A DNA stretch of 64,000 bases from positions 1,196,564-1,260,563 of the forward strand of contig NMRA01000012.1 of NCBI GenBank assembly GCA_002633005.1, read 5' to 3'. Source of the DNA: Phoronis australis. Its lineage: Eukaryota; Animalia; Phoronida. Below are positions 52,102-64,000 of this stretch, one piece after another; positions within the stretch are counted from its first letter, which is position 1; every line of letters begins with the position of its first letter. The notes beneath the pieces are model-generated. The model was not told the origin of the DNA and ran no database searches. It saw only the letters and a list, made by a program, of their open reading frames with translations. The translations under genes and the position numbers were made by a program.

Positions 52102-55100
52102 CTAGTCGTCACTGCCTGTGGACCTTTTGGATCTTCTTGTCCTAGGCGATGTCTTTGGAGATCGTCTGGGTGATTTATCTGCAATTCATAAATTGTTTTA
52201 TCACACTTTACCAAGGAAGTACACAGGAACACGAGCCTGAATAGTGTTATCAGAAATTGGCACTCTTCAAACATTTTAGTTGGATACTAATTCTCTTTTC
52301 TCTGGTAAGATTAAGATTATGTGGGACCGTAGAAAAATGTCCAACTTTGGCAAAACTTCAGAACGTTATATTTTGGAACAGCTAATTGAACTCAAATGAC
52401 TGCTATGTCTTATGCACTGTTCTCCAATAAAAATGTTCCCCTTTTACCTGAGGGGATATCAAAAATAAGCTTTAATTTTAATTTGTGATTTTCACGAAAA
52501 ATGTTGCATAAAACAAAACCGAAATGTTATTTTAGAAAACTGCAAACGCGTTTTCAAGATCTCACCCTGAACAGTAAATTAAGAAATTACAGTTTACACT
52601 ACTTACTTGATAATGTTTCTTTAGGAATCCAATCGTAGTCTATATCACTGTTATTCTGTGTGCCCATCTCTATAACTGGCTTAGATTTAGCACGTTTCTG
52701 AAATAAAATTGAACAAGTTTGGATTGACAAACATTAAAAATGTTGAGGTCCAGAGATGCACTAGAAGGCCAATCTTATTGACCCCATGACTGTTCTTCGT
52801 GCCCTCACTGTGGGGACGTGAATACTATTTGCACATACACTGAGACGCAAAATTTGCGTTCTCCATGTACATTCCTTTAAATGTTCGAGTGACCTAAGAC
52901 AGAGCTCTACAAGACAAGAGCCACGCCTCAAACATACTCGAGTTCATGTAGCAAGGATCTAGGAAGGTCTGGGTAACTGAAGAAGGATAACCCAGCTCTG
53001 CTGGTGCCTTGCACAACCGAAGAATCCAGTCATAGGATATAAAGTAATACTACTACACATAGCCTGGGGCCCGTTTCTTGAAGAGACAACCGGCTTTTGT
53101 GTTTCTTGAAACGGCATCTTGTCTATTCCGACAGACTATGGATTTCTGTCTTGCATATGTGGCTTGATTTTTGTGAAACGAACTAAGTCATCCAGAGACT
53201 GATTATACGCCAAAAATCAGAAGACAAAATCTAACAGGCTCCCTGTACTTGTACACACATTCTAACCTGAATTAAAAGAAACATGGTCCGAGACTGAAAC
53301 TCTAAACATGGAAAAAAATTCAGATTTCAAATATTTCTAAACTAATAATACTACCCGTTTCCAGTGGCAAAAACAGTCCCATTTGCCCTTTATGCATAGC
53401 TTTTTGGTATTTTGGCCCTTTTTCTTCGCATTCAAGCTTTACCTCTGTGGTGAGCACTTAGTAATACATAGTGTGAAGAAGCCCATTCAATCCGCAACAC
53501 CGGAGACCAATTTCGTCTTTTGCTAAGCCAAGTAAGAAATTTGAGTTGCAATCAAGTGTCCCATATGTAATCCCAATCCAACGGGACATGTTTCACAATA
53601 ATGCATGCATTTTTGAAGAATACTATGCAGCAGAAACTTTTGCCAGAACAGGAGACAAGTCAGAAATTACAATGTACAAGTGCAACCAATGGCAAGACTG
53701 CATTATACCCATCGAATCTGTGGCCAATACAAATTTTAGTGAAGTGGTCCCCTGCCCTTAGATGCTAGTACCTCAACAGTCTGGCAAGGCACGATGTACT
53801 TACACCAAATGTGGCTAACAGCTGTTGAGCACCAACTAGCACCAGGACAGCTAAGGCAGCCAGGACGACGTACAGGAAGAATGTCTCTCCATCCAGACCC
53901 TCATTAGGCTCAGCAATGTTGACAGTATCATTGAATACAGCGTCTTGAAATATGTTACCTTCCTGCAGTAAAAGGAACGCCTTTAAAATTCTTGCATAGA
54001 ATGAATCCAATCAAAATTGAAACTCCTGAAAACAAATCACGGGAACTATGCAAAACATGAATGGTTCCAAGTAATTTCATGCGACTTCATTGTTTAAGGA
54101 ATTTTGCAAAATCCCACAGAATGCCTAACCAGTCCTTATGAATTATTAACAGTTTCTTCGCCAAGAAGAGTGTTCTACTGAACCAGCCACCAGTTCCCAT
54201 CCACTGGCACTATGCGTCATTCATTCCATGCGACCACTCACACTGCTTTGTGGAAGTCTAGAAATAGTTCCCACAGCCCTGGTTCAACTCTCCTCATTAG
54301 TGGAGGTAAAAAAAGGCATAGCATGATTGACCTAGTTTTCGAAATGTAGATCTGCTGGCTCACTTCAAATCAGAGCTTGGAAAGTGGAACATAATTTAAA
54401 ATGCAACAGCAAAACTTAGTCGACATCATAATGACAAATGGCAAAGTGACCTTGATGCGAACTAGTGACAAGGCCATATGGTATTCCGGGAAGTGGTTAA
54501 TTTGTGCAGTTATCAATACATGCATGTTTTGTTCCATTAACAGTTCTATTAGTACAAATAGTCCAAGTTTTTATCAATAGAAGAGAAACGGGAACAATTT
54601 CAATAAACAGACATAAGAATTATAGTTATAACACTTAAAAGTGACTGCAGACCTCAAGAAGGCAGGCTTGTGAGCAAGTCTTGTATATGAAAGACAACCA
54701 CCACAATACAATGTCATCTATACAATGTGACAACAAAGACTGCAAACTTACGGCATCTTTATAGTTGACATTGATGGTGAGTCCAAAGGGACGTCCTTGG
54801 AATTGTTCGTGAGGGGTGAAGGCGTACTCAAAGGAAGCCTCGCGCTCGGGCTCCACGGCACGGTTGTACTTGATGGCTGTGAACTGTAACAGACCACACG
54901 TTTAGTTGAGTAAATGAAATAATATACAATGCTAAGGGACCCCGATTTTCCGCAATAACCAAAAAACCCAGCAAAATTCATGGAATCTGACTATTATCCC
55001 TGAGTTAGAGGTTACAAACAAAATTACCGTATTTAAGTGGCACATACCATATTTTTTGTTTTTAATTACCAAAAGTTAAAGAGTATTACTATCAAGTTTG

Positions 55101-58100
55101 ATGACTCCAGTCACAAATCAACAAACAATCGTTTTGCTGCAGACATGTTCAAGTAGTATTCCATTCTTTCTGAAGATGGAGCTGTTCTTTTTCCAGTGTT
55201 GAACAACATAAACCTGGCTTGCAGCAACTTATTGATGAATCGAAGCTATGGTATAACTCAATAGAAAAGGTGAGGCAATTCTCATATCATTTTTGTAACG
55301 GTTAAAGAGTCATGGTCATTTAGTAATAAATTCAAGATGCAGCATCCAGTGACCGACCGTTTGGAAATCATAGGGCACAAAACAGAAAGGTGCACCTATA
55401 CAGTAACAGGCCTACAGAAACACGGCTTGAACACTTAAAAGCCATAGCTGATGTCCTCAGATTCATGTCAATAATCAGACACAGGACGGAATGGACTCCC
55501 AAACAAGGCCCCACAGAACCCAGCACCTACAGGAAGTACTCCTGGGAGGCGAGCGCTCAGTGAGACAATGGAAGGATTACGCCAGTGGTGGTCAGTCCAA
55601 ATGCCTACAGTACACATCATAGGACACAGCCAAATGACCAACAGAGAAATCACCAAGTCATACACGATAAGAACTGTAATCTTATTCTCACTAATGAATT
55701 TCTAGTTCCTCATTGCTGATATTAACATCAGTTCACTGTATTTGAACTCGGTTAACTCTCGGTCATGAAAAATGATTGCAAGGATCCTACTTCCACCTAT
55801 TCAATGACTGCAAGGATCCTACTGCCACCTATTCAAAGACTACAGTACTCAAGTTGTGCTTAAGTGAGGACCAGGGCAGACACGAGACTCTATGCAACTC
55901 ATGGAAATAACTTCACCTCATAGCTCATGTTTGCTGCAAAATGAACTGGGGGGAGTTTCCCTCGAGAGGTGAATGCAATGTCTCGGTTGTTGGATTTCCA
56001 GGCGAAAGTGCTTCCCTGAAGTCTTTTAGCTGCCAATGAAAATTAATTGTTGCATCACCTGACAACAAGAAACCCCTCTCGTTCATTTTACAATGTGTAC
56101 TACATGTGCTATGATTAGTACATACATAGTTTACAGGTCAGTGAGCTTTTTGCCTCGCTGTTTGCGGGTAACAATGATGTGAGATAACTTTCACTTGAAG
56201 CAGCCAGTGGATTCTGAACATCTCCGTCTGCACTAGCCTCAAACACATATTAAGTGCTTCATTTTACAAATGACATGTTCTCACCACAAAGAAACCGTGC
56301 CCACAAGAACAGAGACACAGCACCGTTACCACCAGAGTTATCAGATAACATGAAGATTCCCAGTTATAATCCCTGCACTGATTGCACACCACTTACGTTG
56401 TGAATGTAGAAACTATAGTCCTGTGGGTAGCGCAGAGCGGCATCCATGCTCTCCACGATGAAGTCTACTTTGCCTTTGTTCATGAAACCAACAATAGTGC
56501 GTACTGGACTGTTTACAGGGAAGTCTGTAAAATTACCACACTTAACAGTTAGGCTATGATCCCAGAAGTAAGTAAGTCCAACAATGAGGCTCTTGAAAGA
56601 AAATGTAACACAGAAGAATAAGAAATAAGATTCTATGGTACTATGAACTAAACAGATGTGCGGGCGTTCCATGACAAGAAATAAATATAGTTAAACCTGC
56701 CTCAAACTCGCCCCCAGATTTTTTCTAGCAAGATTCTAGGAAGTACAGGGTACACAGAATAACTGTCCCTGCTCTGCTGGTGTCTTGCAATTGCAACAAC
56801 TAATAACCACAGTACAAGTCAAAAGTATTCAGCCAAAATGAACCATAATTTGCCATCATGATGGCGGGGTGGACTCTTAATTCGTCATCAGAGTAGTCTT
56901 CCCTCATTACTGAGAATGAAGGCAAATTAACAGGAAAGTTAGTAAGGTGGGCAAGCCATCCTGTAATTAGAGTTTTGACACCCTAATTAGCCAGTGAGGT
57001 GTCAGATTACTTTGGTCTTGTACTGTACAACTCACTAAGCCCCAGTCAATCACTAAATTTCAACAATAGTTCACACATCAACTGGACTGAACAGATCCTT
57101 GAAGACAAACAAAACCTATTTCAAATCTTATTATCAAGAGTAACACACACCTTGACAAAAGAATCAACAAGCATTAGTTTTCACCAGAGATTGGAGCAAA
57201 CTCTGAATACTGCCATATTCAGGTTACGTATACCGTCTTAACAGTTCCAAACTAACCATTTGATCTGGCGGGCTGAACAAACAGCAGGCTAGTGTCAGCA
57301 TCAGGCGAGGGTTTCAGAGCTTCTTCTGCTTCTTCTTCAGCCTCTTCTTCTTCTGACCCCTAAACACAATATTGCATCAATTAATTTCAGGCAGGAAATG
57401 TTGTATATACTGACCCTAGACAACAAAGGTCACATATACTGACCTCAGTCAACAAAGACAAACCTCTTGTAGATCACTGATGGAAAATGAATGTCATTCA
57501 TTCACACATCTAATGGACTTAAATATTCTAATAATGTAAAAGAGATGTACTGTTTCTGGTGAGTCATCACGAAAAGTTTACAGTTAGAAAGCATACGAGT
57601 TGACTATGACCCTCAGGCACTAGTCAGCAGACCTATCAACACATTTGCAGAACTTTGTAAATGTCCACCATTGTTGCACTCTTGAGTTTAAAGAAATGAG
57701 AAAATCACCAAACAAAATGTTGTTTATAACACTTGAGGCAGTGAATATCTATAAGTGGCCTTCGCCATTTGATAATTTTTAATGTGGGACTTGCGTACGA
57801 CATACAAGTCTGTTGGTAAGCCAGTGCTCGGGCAATGTGACTTCAGATTGTGTGTGGCAACCTGGGAATAATTGCAAGTCACGACAGCGAGAATCAGTCA
57901 GACACTAATTCTCCTGAAATTTGTTTTCAAATAAAATTTGTGGCGACTTCCAAACAGTTTTTGTAGATTTAATACCTTTGGTTCACAGAAGTCAAAACTG
58001 TTTGTCAAAAATAGGACCGTGAAACACATGCCTTCACTGCATTCTTCATTGACAGGAGGAATCGAGTTGGAGATTGAATTGAAGGTGCGATTCGTTAACG

Positions 58101-61100
58101 GGGAGAAGTGGAAGAGGTATGTTTAATTTTTTGAGAATGAGGTACAGCACGTCATGTTTTTTGTCAACGATGCCAACGTCAGTTTTGGCAACCTCAGAAT
58201 AGATTTCATTTGGTGACCTGGCGTCAAGCACTGTAAGCGGTTTGATACGATGAGTTACTGGTGTAATGTCAGAAATGGCAAAATAATTAGTCCGTCCTTA
58301 CTTGTTCTGTAGCCGCCGTCTCGGTCGTTTCCTCTGCCCCCTCGTCCTCGTCCTCTACAGCACCGTCAGCCTCCTCCTCCTCCTCACCTTCCACAGCGTC
58401 CTCATTGTCAGCTGACACTATGTTGGAAACGCCTGAAATAAACCCAAAATTAATTTACAGCCTCTGCAACAGCATCCAAATGAGAGTACACATATTTGAA
58501 CAGTCATATCTCCTAGTGGGAGCAAAGTAAAAATAACCAGTTGCCGATTTGGGCAAATGAACAAAGAACTGTTAAAAAAAATTAATTTGATTGCACAAAT
58601 ATTTGTTTGAGCTTGGAAGAGAGTTTAAGACATCAATAGCCTCCAAAAATGTTCCTCTATGCGCAAAAGGTACTTATAGCAACATGACTTTGATGTTAAT
58701 CAGGGTTTGGCATAATTCGCCAAAGAGCCTGTGCAGGGCTCTCACTAAGGTGCCTGTGCCTTATAAAAGAGGAATTTTAGCAGCGTTTTTGTACTAAGAG
58801 GGGAATTTTCGCATCATGTTTTACTTGGAGAGGAATTTTTGTGATATTAATTTACTCCACTGCTTTTTATGACAGCACTATTTATATGCTTTCACAAATA
58901 AGCAAGTATCAACTTTAAGTACAACAATAAAAAGTAGGTCTAAGCCAGTGTTACACTTATTTGTATAAGAGTGATTGAGGATAACCTGTTGTCACATAGC
59001 TCATTCATTAGACTAGCTATGCCTTTGGCGTATACACACGATGTACTACCATTGTCACACTGCTAGGCTTATGAAGGCTACACCAAGATGATGGATGATT
59101 GTTCACAAGCATAGAACAATGGCAAACATACATTGGGGAACATAATTATCAAAACTACAAGCCAGCACTACCAACACCTTAAGTGGGCTAAGGAATAATT
59201 GTAAGGAACAGAGCCCCATCTTGTAGTTGTACCTCGGAACACACTTTGCTGGCACAATAAGGTTGCTGGAGGTTAAAACCATGAGGGTAATTTTTTATCG
59301 TTCAGAGGGGATTTTTTTACCTGATGACGTTAATTTCGCAAGATTTTCAAACTTTTTTGAGATAGGAATATGGCCGATATTCAGCCCCAATTTCAAGTGA
59401 TTAAGGGCCCTGCTATGGGATGGCCACAGTCTCTACTGGGCCAGTTGAGATGGTGGTACTGTCTACTATGCCATTAGACAGGATGATACATCACTACATG
59501 GCACCGCGGCTGCAGTGGCACCGGCGGAACACCACTACTGGCAGGAACAAAACATCTTTGGTAAAATTGCTTTTTGGAAAACTTGAACTCCCAGTTTTGG
59601 AATAATGTTCAAACCAGCAGACGAAATGAAGACTCCGAATGTACACACCCGCCAGCCCCCGCCCCGACTACTATGCTCAGAGTGACAGGATAAAATAAAC
59701 ATAGTGAATTTTCATTTATCCTTCCTTTGCCACAACATATTATGTATTACGAAGTCTTCTTGTTTTCATACTTTTTTGGCATTTTTGTCGATATGGGAAT
59801 TTCAAAGGTGATTCAGAATTTGTTGGGTCACCAAGTCCCAAGGTCTCAGTGGCAAACAACTCCAGCGTCAACCCTGCATGCTTAGAATATAATTTTGAAC
59901 ATGGCATGCTGGCAGTCCAATGACTATTAGCTATTTGACATTCACGTGGCCTGGCTACATCTAAGATAGTTACTAACCTTTATAATGTGACATCAACTGT
60001 ATCAGGCGACAGACAATTGATTCATTGTTGTCACTTAACACAAGAGTGTAGCAAAGCTAATTTTATTTTATAACTACTGTGGCACTCAAAGAATTTTGCA
60101 CAGACATCAAGAATTCTTCCCGATTTCCTTTTCCCCAGAATCTGCAGAGCTCGACTCTTAGGACATAGGGTCGACTCGCCGAATGAGACCTTGCAAATTC
60201 CAGGTTCACAAACAAGAAATGAGGTTGCCCACAAGAACACCCAGTATGCGTGGGGTGTAAAAGTCATGGCCCCTATAAACGACATATAGTTGGCAACAGC
60301 TGAAAATCACTAGTCGGATATGGCGGTCCCCGATTTCGGGAACTAGTTTCATCTACTGAATAACGGACCTGCTATTCAGTAATTGCCTGGTTCTCAAAAT
60401 CAGAGACCGCTATATCCGACTAGACTATAACCCGTCTGTATCAGGCCTTTATCCAGGATTTCAAAAATAGGGTGTCCAAAATGGTTTCCCAATATTCCAG
60501 GGCGCCCTTGATTCCGACGCGTAAACCCTCACCCCCAGAACTGTTCACCAGCAACCCCTCCCCCACACACAGTGACCAAGGTTTTTACGTCTAGGTTTAC
60601 AAAACAGCCTTCTGTAGTGAGCTTTTTTCCAAAAAAAGTGTGTAGACCCAGACTTTTACAACTGAATTTACGAAATCAGCCAAGTAGCTTGCCAAAGAAA
60701 TATTAGAGATATTGGTTAAACTTAGGAACCAGTAAGAGACTGTTTCCTAGGTTAAACAATGTGTGCACTGTTTTTGGTGATCTCAAGTCAAATTAATGTT
60801 ATTATTATGTTTGTCGTATTGTTTTAATTTGCTTTAATATTGTGTAAAATGAGTCATTAAAGCTGCAGTTACAAAACAAGAAAAATTCACAGATGTGTGA
60901 TTTATATTTTGGCAACAGGTGTCACTGCTGTTCCATAGTAAAAAGTTAAAACGCACATTGAAAAGCATGAAGTGAGTGCAAACTCAAATTAAATGGGCAT
61001 ATTCTTGAGGCACAACACTGTATTAAAGTAACGACATTTATTTTACTTTTGATGTTTAAAAAAAAGATGAAAATCATGAAGTTACAGCTCTGAAACACTA

Positions 61101-63133
61101 GTATGGAGTTGTACTAAGGTTTGAATCCTATAGGCTATAGTAATGCCCTGTGGAGATAAGACCTCTGGGAGCATAGCCAGCAGTGGAAGAAACTTTGACA
61201 ACCAATTCTGTTGCAGCTTGAAAGATATTATAGATGTTCAACCAAGTATGAACATGGCAACTTCGTATATACATCAGGGCTTGGAATGACCAATGACAAA
61301 AAACGCGGAAACTTTTACGGCCCAAATCATGCCCGACAACCAGCCTTGAAATGGTCAATGTGAACCCTTTCCCCATCAAAAATCGGGAGGACTAAAAAAA
61401 AGGCATGATAACCAGCCTTGAAATGGTCAATGTGAACCCTTTCCCCGACAAAAATCGGGAGGACTACAAAAAAAGGTTACCACCATCAGTAGCATGCGTC
61501 TGCATCCTTTTAGCTCGCCCGTCCACTCCCAACCCACACATTTTTGGCTGCAGAGCGGTGGTATTTGTCGCCGCGCTTAACAATAACACGAGACGCCATT
61601 GAAAATCCCACCACGCTGTCCCAGATGCCCCGGCAATGTTGACAATTTACGTTCCTCCGAAACAAAAAGAGCAACTTCCGCTTTTCGAGGTGAACGTCGT
61701 CTGCAACGCCGCGGTAAGAAAGGAATTTGCCGCGGAAATTTTATATCAAATCCGATTTTTTTACGCGGAAATATTATAAAAAAAAGCGCAAAGCACATTT
61801 GAAAAAAGCGGAAATCCGCGTTTCCGCGGAAAATTCCAAGCCCTGATACATGGTATACTTCTTTGAAAAAAAAGAACCCCCACTGTGAGCTCACTTCTCC
61901 TTTCAGCTCTATGTCTAGGCTTCCTAGTAATCATTACAATGTATGTGTCCAAACTTGAAAGGTTCCCATTAACAGTGGGCATCCAAATGATACATTGGGC
62001 GTCCTTGCCAGGGCGTCCAGAATGAAGGCCTGGTCTGTATACAAATATTTAGACATGTTCCAAACGGTTCTTTAACCGTGGAACACAATTTTGCCCAAAT
62101 ATTGCAAATTAAAATCGTTCCTGTGGTAGTTGCAAGGCCTGAATGAAGCAAAATACAGTATCAGTTCCTAACCAAAATGGAAAGACATTTAATGAAAGAA
62201 GTCGTTAGTAAATGGAAAAGTCAACATTTTCCACACACAAACTTTGCTCTCGACACCATCTTGTTGCTGAGTGATACTACCGTAAGTTGATGTCATGATT
62301 TGAGAAAAGATGTCAACTGTTAACCTAATGACCTAGTTTGTGGTTAAATGCCATTGGTTGATTTAGAAATGAGATCAACCCTCGAAATCTTAATCTGCCA
62401 GAACCAGAAGTGGAAGTCACCATTTTGCAGGTGATCTTTTTAACGACAAATTTCTTTAATTTTGGGCTGCTAATTCTTGTGCTGAAAGTGACCAGAGGCA
62501 GAACAGGATGATCATTTTATAATCCAGGTGTCTTTTTAAACTATTAATTATGAAAGTCGCACATTCCACATTTCTTTGACAACAGATTCTTGCAAAAACT
62601 GCAAGAAAAGCCAGCCAGAACTTTCGAATAGAAGTGGTATGTGACTGTATCTTACCAGTGCCCTTCTTGAACAATTTAAATTTATTTGCCTAGTAACAAA
62701 ACTTCAAAATGAAAGCCAAGGAAAACATATTATACAAGATTTTGCTGAGTATCTACAGAAAATTATAAGGCAGTGCAAGGTAAGATGGAAAGGTGTCGAA
62801 AATGGGTAAGCTCGGTCGGAAAATTGGCAAGACTGCTAAGAAACGGACTTTTGCAAAATCGCCAAAAACAGTCGAAAACTACGGTTACCGAGCAAAACGA
62901 ACGTGAACAACTCTTGGAGAAGAGAACACAAGACCATGTAACTAGATGCACCAAGTCATTGCCGCCCATGTGTGTGGAGGGTCAACGTTAATTTCTGTGC
63001 CACGTATGCAAGCCGGTACACAAAAACAAGGTAGATGTCGATTAGAAATTAACTCACCATTTCCAGCAGACATAAAAGTCGTCGGCAATACAAGAAGCAT
63101 CAGTAACAGCAATTTTCCTATAAGCGAATTCAT
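52102..63133 (-). CDS. SSR1: Translocon-associated protein subunit alpha (TRAP-alpha), 8 exons, 298 aa
   Basis: Exons (-): 63058-63133, 58302-58432, 57257-57359, 56397-56524, 54752-54883, 53804-53962, 52607-52697, 52102-52178. Signal peptide [17 protein letters not shown], acidic N-terminus, [44 protein letters not shown] plus a TM helix, EMGT and DWIPKETL. Confidence 0.97.
52879..53013 (-). ncRNA. SNORA9: H/ACA snoRNA, SNORA9-like (copy A, SSR1 intron 6)
   Basis: 135 nt in the host sense. Hairpin GCAAGG..CCTTGC, H box ACATGA, hairpin TCGAGT..ACTCGA, then ACA plus 3 nt. The 3' pocket GTTTGA/TAGGT pairs with 28S ACCUAU-UC-UCAAAC. Resembles recalled human SNORA9 (GCAAG..CCAGC..CTTGCTAGAACA..GTTTGAGGC). 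Confidence 0.85.
55451..55627 (-). ncRNA. Candidate long box C/D snoRNA (SSR1 intron 4)
   Basis: Terminal stem GTGTCC/GGACAT, C box ATGATGT, D' CTGA preceded by AGGCATTTGG (complementary to 28S CCAAAUGCCU), C'-like TGATTA and D box CTGA. Confidence 0.6.
56654..56789 (-). ncRNA. SNORA9: H/ACA snoRNA, SNORA9-like (copy B, SSR1 intron 3)
   Basis: 136 nt. Stem GCAAGA..TCTTGC, H box AGAAAA, stem GGGCG..CGCCC, then ACA plus 3 nt. Pocket strands CACCAGCA, CCTAGA and GTTTGA are conserved with copy A while the stems show compensatory changes. Confidence 0.85.
58545..58735. mobile_element. Old diverged fragment of the TIR of the 27699-28598 family
   Basis: TGTTCCTCTATGCGCAAAAGGTA and GGCATAATTCGCC are shared with 28445-28517. 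Confidence 0.7.
60310..60423. repeat. 114-bp foldback hairpin (miniature MITE)
   Basis: CTAGTCGGATATGGCGGTC ... GACCGCTATATCCGACTAG with a further inner stem. Confidence 0.7.
61275..61845. mobile_element. 571-bp hAT-like MITE in SSR1 intron 1
   Basis: 13-bp TIR CAGGGCTTGGAAT / ATTCCAAGCCCTG, subterminal CGCGGAAA motifs, an internal ~72-bp tandem duplication and a flanking direct repeat ATACAT. Confidence 0.8.
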
Positions 63134-64000
63134 TGTCGTTTCCTAGTAAATAAAAGGTCGAAAACACGGATGGACCGGGATTTTACTCCCAGCCTGGATC
63201 ACCGAATATCTACACCAAGCAATGGACGTTTCAAAAGGAAACACTTGTTGACTCAAAACGAGGCAGTAAAGACAATTTACATTGACCTCTTTCATTCGTC
63301 TATTTTTGGGTCAATATCCTAACTGGTCACATTTCAGCCAATTAAGATCGCGTTCTCATGAGGAGAGTCACGATAGCAATTACTGTACGAAAAGGTGTTT
63401 CCCGGTATTTTAGTTACTCAGTCAGCTGTTTACGGTGAGTTGGAACATTTTGCATTGTGTTACTGCACAATAAGACCTGTTTCCTGTTCTGGCGATATAT
63501 ATGGTATTTGATATTATTTCATTTAGACCTACTTCATGTAGACACTAAAGACTGTGACTCAAACTTTAGACAGGAATTAACAAGTGGTGGCCTAACCGTT
63601 GACAATTGTCACTTGTCATTTGACTTTTTGTGGCTAGAGTCGAGACGCTGCTAACTGACTGTGACCGAGTGCGCAGTTACCAGTTGGCCTGTACTGTGTT
63701 GGGATTGGGATTTGTGGAGTGAGTACTCTGTAGGCAATAACCACATTGATCAGTATAAATGGAAAGGGAAAGAGGACAATTGGGACAATTCCCTTCCCTG
63801 AAAAATGGTGATGCAATGTTAGTACTAGACCAAGTTAAACACCAGACCGAATTAACTTGGTCTGCTTACATGGTTGCAGCTAAGCAGTTGCAAAATGCCA
63901 AAGCCATGATGTGGGGCATGTCCCAACCTATCTCTACCTGGCCTTGGGTGATGAAATGGAAAGCGGAAAATATACCAGGTACTAGTATCACAGTAGTTGT

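Noticed and set aside
52780-52872. Second H/ACA-like fold just downstream of SNORA9-like copy A
   Set aside because: It has ANANNA and ACA motifs, but it is too short and has no proper pseudouridylation pockets.
56825-56895. TGATGA...CTGA pair in SSR1 intron 3 as a C/D snoRNA
   Set aside because: No terminal stem and no convincing rRNA or snRNA complementarity.
58046-58231. 61-aa ORF in SSR1 intron 2
   Set aside because: No ATG start or compatible splice sites, and no recognisable homology.
62221-62430. AAGATGG/ETS-like motifs as the SSR1 start
   Set aside because: That ATG reaches a stop after 12 codons. The signal-peptide exon at 63058-63133 fits TRAP-alpha and has the correct phase.

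Overview
AT-rich, intron-containing eukaryotic DNA from an invertebrate animal; the taxon cannot be fixed from this window. The prokaryote-style ORF track is mostly noise. Six protein genes can be spliced by hand with GT-AG introns and consistent phases: OXA1L (-, 9 exons, 418 aa); SLC7A6OS/Iwr1 (+, 5 exons, 316 aa), head-to-head with OXA1L; CNBD1-like (-, 11 exons, 497 aa); a TMEM276-like membrane protein (+, one coding exon, 189 aa); ZFTRAF1/CYHR1 (-, 4 exons, 348 aa); and SSR1/TRAP-alpha (-, 8 exons, 298 aa). SSR1 introns appear to host two SNORA9-like H/ACA snoRNAs and a long C/D-box candidate. Mobile DNA includes a young 900-bp long-TIR element with a 9-bp TSD and its collapsed 55-bp hairpin derivative, an internally deleted piggyBac, a degraded LINE endonuclease, tRNA-derived SINE heads, a Penelope-type hammerhead-like inverted repeat and several MITE families. 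The most notable points are the intronic snoRNA set with predicted 28S targets, the TMEM276-ZFTRAF1 linkage also seen in human, and the OXA1L/SLC7A6OS pair. The first 4.5 kb is a tandem duplication across an N and is probably an assembly artefact. Homology calls come from recalled sequences, not from database searches.
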